A stretch of 32,000 nt of DNA from Sinorhizobium meliloti (lineage in GTDB: Bacteria > Pseudomonadota > Alphaproteobacteria > Rhizobiales > Rhizobiaceae): contig NZ_JAGIOS010000001.1 in assembly GCF_017876815.1 (NCBI RefSeq), positions 900,001 to 932,000 on the forward strand. Reading direction: 5' to 3'. The notes beneath the pieces are model-generated. The model saw only the letters and a list, made by a program, of their open reading frames with translations. It searched no databases and was not told the origin of the DNA. Numbering within the stretch: position 1 is the first letter of the stretch; each line of letters opens with the position of its first letter. Shown here piece after piece: positions 28,855 to 32,000 of the stretch. Made by a program: the position numbers and the translations under genes.

Positions 28855-30020
28855 TTCGGTACCCAGCGGCTGAAAAGGGAGGTGGAGAGTGCGCGGCCCG
28901 GTGCAGTGCCGTCGAGGCCGCCCTCGCGGATGATGAGCTCGCCCGATTCCACCCGGCCGCCGCGCCCGCGCATCGTCTCGCGCATGAGCTCGTGGATCGA
29001 ATAGAAGCTCGCCCGGATCGAATAGGCGGTGAGCACGAGGCCCCGGGCGTCCGGCGACAGGATCTCGCGGCAGATGTCCAGCATCGCTGCCAGGTGATCG
29101 AACAATTGCCATACTTCGCCGTTCGGACCGCGGCCGAACTTCGGCGGGTCGGTGAGGATGATGTCGTAACGGCTGCCGCGCCGCTCCTCGCGTTGGATGA
29201 ACTTCATGGCGTCGTCGCAGATCCAGCGGATCGGCAATTTCTCGGCGCGCGCCAGGACCTGGTTCTCGCGCGCCCAGCCGATCGCCTTTTTCGAGGCATC
29301 GACATGGGTGACCTCGGCGCCCGCCTTGGCGGCGATCAGCGACGCAACGCCGGTATAGCCGAAGAGATTGAGAACCTTCAGAGGCCGTCCGGCTGCGGCC
29401 ACCTGGTCGCGCATCCACGACCAGTGGGCGAGCTGTTCGGGAAAGACGCCGACATGGCGGAAGGAGGTGAACCGGCCAAGGAAATCCGTATCGAGGAGCT
29501 GCATCGGCCAGGTCTCGCCGAGCACCTCGCCCGGGAAACGCCAACGGCCTATGCCGTCCTCTTCGGTATCGCCGGTAAAGACGGCATCGGCCCGCTCCCA
29601 TATCGATGCCGGCAGGGCCTTCGGCCAAAGCGCCTGGGCCTCGGGGCGAACGATGCGATAGGGACCGTATTGTTCGAGCTTCTCCCCATCACCGCTGTCG
29701 ACCAGGTGATAGCCGGCAGTAGCGGCGGTCTCGAGGATCAACGGCACCCTCTCGGCCGGCTTCTCGCCGCTTCTCGGCTCGATGCGCCGCGTCGGAGCAC
29801 TCTCCTGGACGGACGGACGCTCGCTCTTCCGCGGCGCCGCTTTCGGCGGCGGCCCTCCTGCCGCTGCCTTGGGCCCGGTCTTCGTCGCGGTCTTCGTCCC
29901 GGGTCCGGCGCCCTTTGCCGGCGGCAGCCCTTGCTCGTGGCGGCCGCCGCGCGCCTCGGCGCCCCGGCTTTTAGCCGCCGTCACCGATGCGTTCTTCGAT
30001 CGCCGGTCTTTTTCCTTCAC
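28851..30020 (-). CDS. Class I SAM-dependent methyltransferase, COG1092 / RlmI-like catalytic domain, with a Lys/Ala/Pro-rich N-terminal extension (389 aa from GTG 30020, or 296 aa from TTG 29741)
   Basis: SAM-binding motif VLNLFGYTGVASLIAA ... VTHVDAS and the catalytic-type motif ILTDPPKF. The first codon of the track ORF is GTG (cac 30018-30020), 7 nt after AAGGA. There is no in-frame ATG before the catalytic domain. The start is uncertain (see findings). Confidence 0.85.
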   Translation of the reverse strand: MKEKDRRSKNASVTAAKSRGAEARGGRHEQGLPPAKGAGPGTKTATKTGPKAAAGGPPPKAAPRKSERPSVQESAPTRRIEPRSGEKPAERVPLILETAATAGYHLVDSGDGEKLEQYGPYRIVRPEAQALWPKALPASIWERADAVFTGDTEEDGIGRWRFPGEVLGETWPMQLLDTDFLGRFTSFRHVGVFPEQLAHWSWMRDQVAAAGRPLKVLNLFGYTGVASLIAAKAGAEVTHVDASKKAIGWARENQVLARAEKLPIRWICDDAMKFIQREERRGSRYDIILTDPPKFGRGPNGEVWQLFDHLAAMLDICREILSPDARGLVLTAYSIRASFYSIHELMRETMRGRGGRVESGELIIREGGLDGTAPGRALSTSLFSRWVPK

Positions 30021-30192
30021 GCGCTGATCCTTGGACTTCGTTCAACCATTCGGCGCAGCCACTCTCGACCGGTTTTCCCGCGCCTTCGCCACGTCCGTAG
30101 CATGTTCAGCCTGCAAATAGCATCGCCGGTGCTCTTGGCAAAGCCGTTTCCGATTGCGAAGATCGCTGGCAAGAGTGGACGGGAGGACCGGC

Positions 30193-30651
30193 ATGAATAT
30201 GAGCGGAGAGGAACGTATCGCGGCTGACCGCGACGCGGTTTGGCGTGGCCTGAACGATGCGGACATTCTGAAGCGATGCATTCCCGGCTGCCAGTCTCTT
30301 GAATTGATATCGCCGACCGAGCTTGCGGCCGTGGTCAAGATCAAGATCGGCCCCGTTTCCGCATCCTTCAACGGCACGGTCGTTCTGTCGAACCTCAATC
30401 CCCCCGCGAGCTACACCATATCCGGCGAGGGCAAGGGAGGAATAGCAGGCTTTGCCAAGGGCGGCGCCGACGTCACGCTACTGGACGAGGGAGCGGAAAC
30501 CGTGCTGCGCTACGACGTCAAGGCGGAGATCGGCGGCAAGCTTGCCCAGCTCGGCTCGCGCCTCGTCGATTCGACGGCGCGCAAGCTCGCCCAGCAATTC
30601 TTCGCGGATTTCAACCTGGCCGTCAGCGGCGAGGCCGAGGCGGCGAGCTGA
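30193..30651 (+). CDS. CoxG-family SRPBCC protein (carbon monoxide dehydrogenase subunit G-like), 152 aa
   Basis: MNMSGEERIAADRDAVWRGLNDADILKRCIPGCQSLE ... GGKLAQLGSRLVDSTARKLAQQFF is the typical CoxG/COG3427 pattern. Start set at the ATG 30193, 5 nt after GGGAGGA. Confidence 0.85.
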   Translation: MNMSGEERIAADRDAVWRGLNDADILKRCIPGCQSLELISPTELAAVVKIKIGPVSASFNGTVVLSNLNPPASYTISGEGKGGIAGFAKGGADVTLLDEGAETVLRYDVKAEIGGKLAQLGSRLVDSTARKLAQQFFADFNLAVSGEAEAAS

Positions 30652-30678
30652 GGTCTCGCAACGCGTTCAGCAGCGATC

Positions 30679-31023
30679 TCAGCCTTGCGGCGCAGGCAGG
30701 CTCGCTTGCGTCGCCAGTTTCTCCGCCTGGCCGCGTTGCTTTTCTGCCTCGCGATGCCATTTCAGCGCCTCGTTGGCCTCGTTGCGCGCCCGACGCCGAT
30801 ATTTCCCCTGGGTGAACCAGGTCACGGCGGCGCCGAGCACGAGACCGATAATGACGGCGAGAAAGAGAAATACGAAAAACGGAGCCGAGATCGAAAGCAC
30901 ACTGTCGGCGGGATTGAACGGGTTCAACGCAAGGGTTGCCGTCTGCCGGTTGGCTACGCTCAGGACGATCAGCAGGACTCCGAGCGGCACGAAGACGACG
31001 ATATTGATGAGTTTCTTGAGCAT
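30679..31023 (-). CDS. lapA: LapA-family inner-membrane protein (DUF1049, lipopolysaccharide assembly protein A-like), 114 aa
   Basis: Two TM helices (INIVVFVPLGVLLIVLSVA; FFVFLFLAVIIGLVLGAAVTWF) followed by a basic/coiled C-terminus. Downstream of ihfB, as is common in Rhizobiales. Confidence 0.8.
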   Translation of the reverse strand: MLKKLINIVVFVPLGVLLIVLSVANRQTATLALNPFNPADSVLSISAPFFVFLFLAVIIGLVLGAAVTWFTQGKYRRRARNEANEALKWHREAEKQRGQAEKLATQASLPAPQG

Positions 31024-31203
31024 GCACCCGCTCCGACCAGAATGTTAATGCATGTCGCCCGGGAATCTGGGGCGGCTTCGCGACAACGACATGCATAGGA
31101 ATAATGACATAAAGCGGGCCGTCCTGTTTCGAGGCGGAGAGCCGCACGACGCGCGGATCTCGGCGCCCGCGCGAGAGGCGCCGATTCCTGTGCGCCTCGT
31201 TCG

Positions 31204-31515
31204 TCAGTCGTCTTCGCCGTTATTGTTGTCGTTCATGCCCGGATTGAGCCGCTCACGCAGTTCCTTGCCGGTCTTGAAGAAGGGCACCCACTTTTCTTCG
31301 ACGAAGACGGAATCGCCGGTGCGTGGGTTGCGGCCTGACCGTGATGGCCGGTTCTTGACCGAGAATGCGCCGAAACCGCGCAGCTCCACCCGATTTCCGG
31401 CAGCAAGCGCGTCCGTGATCTCATCGAGTACCGCATTGACGATATTCTCGACATCGCGGTGATAGAGATGCGGATTGCGCGCCGCCACAATCTGCACCAG
31501 CTCTGACTTGATCAC
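31204..31515 (-). CDS. ihfB: Integration host factor subunit beta, 103 aa
   Basis: [11 protein letters not shown] ... [48 protein letters not shown], the HU/IHF fold with the beta-arm. The first codon is GTG (cac 31513-31515), 6 nt after GAGGGGG. Confidence 0.95.
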   Translation of the reverse strand: MIKSELVQIVAARNPHLYHRDVENIVNAVLDEITDALAAGNRVELRGFGAFSVKNRPSRSGRNPRTGDSVFVEEKWVPFFKTGKELRERLNPGMNDNNNGEDD

Positions 31516-31618
31516 GTTCGCCCCCTCGGTTTTTTTGCTTGTTTTGTCTGCGTTTGTGCATTCGGGAAGGCTCGCCTGGAGCTACGGCCTCGTGACGCGG
31601 CTAGCACACGTGCTTTCC

Positions 31619-32000
31619 TCATTGCCCTTCAACCTGCCAAACCGAAACAAGACCGTCAAGAAACAACTTGTCCAGGCCGGTCTTTTCGAGGCTCTTCATC
31701 GTCGGAAAAGCCTCATATCCCAACGCCTTGACCGATTCGGCCAGGAGCGATCCGAGGCCGAAGGACAGCGTGCCGCTCGGTGCTTCCCAGTCGAGGACGG
31801 GAAGGTCCTTCGAGACCTTCCGTTCGGCCAGGAACGCCCGGATTTCATCATCGCCGCCGAGCTCGTCGACGAGTTTGCCTTCCAGCGCCTGCCGCCCGGT
31901 GAAGATCCGGCCATCCGCAAGGGCGAGCGCTTCCGGCCGCGGCAGTTTGCGCCGCTCGGCGACCAGATCGACGAACCATCCGTAGCTGTCGTCGATCATT
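31619..32000 (-). CDS. sppA: Signal peptide peptidase SppA (36K type), C-terminal ~127 codons only (gene continues past the right window edge)
   Basis: IDDSYGWFVDLVAERRKLPRPEALALADGRIFTGRQALEGKLVDELGG matches the C-terminal part of S49 peptidases. The Met at 31999 is internal. The frame is open to the edge. Confidence 0.85.
   Translation of the reverse strand, partial: MIDDSYGWFVDLVAERRKLPRPEALALADGRIFTGRQALEGKLVDELGGDDEIRAFLAERKVSKDLPVLDWEAPSGTLSFGLGSLLAESVKALGYEAFPTMKSLEKTGLDKLFLDGLVSVWQVEGQ

Noticed and set aside
1-32000. Search for tRNA, rRNA, CRISPR arrays, integrase or transposase genes, prophage or defence modules, and toxin-antitoxin pairs
   Set aside because: None found by eye. The intergenic spacers are short (mostly under 250 nt) and are accounted for by promoters, terminators and one repeat element. 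Every unexplained ORF over 100 aa is a shadow ORF. The enrichment of envelope genes (lnt, lspA, murJ, olsA, olsB, lapA, sppA) looks like ordinary core-genome synteny rather than a dedicated island.

Overview
High-GC (roughly 60-63% by eye) alphaproteobacterial core chromosome. Gene content and order match what I remember of the Sinorhizobium (Ensifer) meliloti chromosome: trmB-metK-phrR-lnt-corC-ybeY-phoH-miaB-olsA-rimI-tsaB-nfu-usp-trpS-VOC-murJ(mviN)-glnD-mutS / tme / olsB-hybrid kinase-lspA-two RNA methyltransferases / coxG-like / lapA-ihfB-sppA. I call 28 protein-coding genes. Two are cut by the window edges (trmB on the left, absent from the ORF track, and sppA on the right). 26 genes are on the minus strand; only tme and the coxG-like gene are on the plus strand. 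I saw no rRNA, tRNA or CRISPR array. The remaining long ORFs in the track are off-frame or antisense shadows of these genes, with the Arg/Gly/Ala/Pro-rich composition typical of GC-rich DNA. I do not see a convincing novel multi-gene system: no integrase, phage or plasmid genes, defence island or toxin-antitoxin pair. This looks like an ordinary housekeeping region with a few local oddities. (1) A 274-bp non-coding palindromic MITE/RIME-like element with perfect 35-bp terminal inverted repeats lies between lspA and the hybrid histidine kinase, ending 9 nt from the kinase ATG. (2) A sharp ~240-bp low-GC patch with A/T-ending codons covers the last ~70 codons of lnt and the phrR promoter region. 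(3) A Lys/Ala/Pro-rich ~93-residue N-terminal extension on a COG1092-type methyltransferase competes with an internal TTG start. (4) Two chains of ATGA stop/start overlaps link glnD-murJ-VOC and methyltransferase-methyltransferase-lspA. (5) The convergent tme/olsB spacer is AT-rich and repeat-bearing, with a strong hairpin. All coordinates, motif reads and GC counts were done by hand from the sequence and need computational confirmation.
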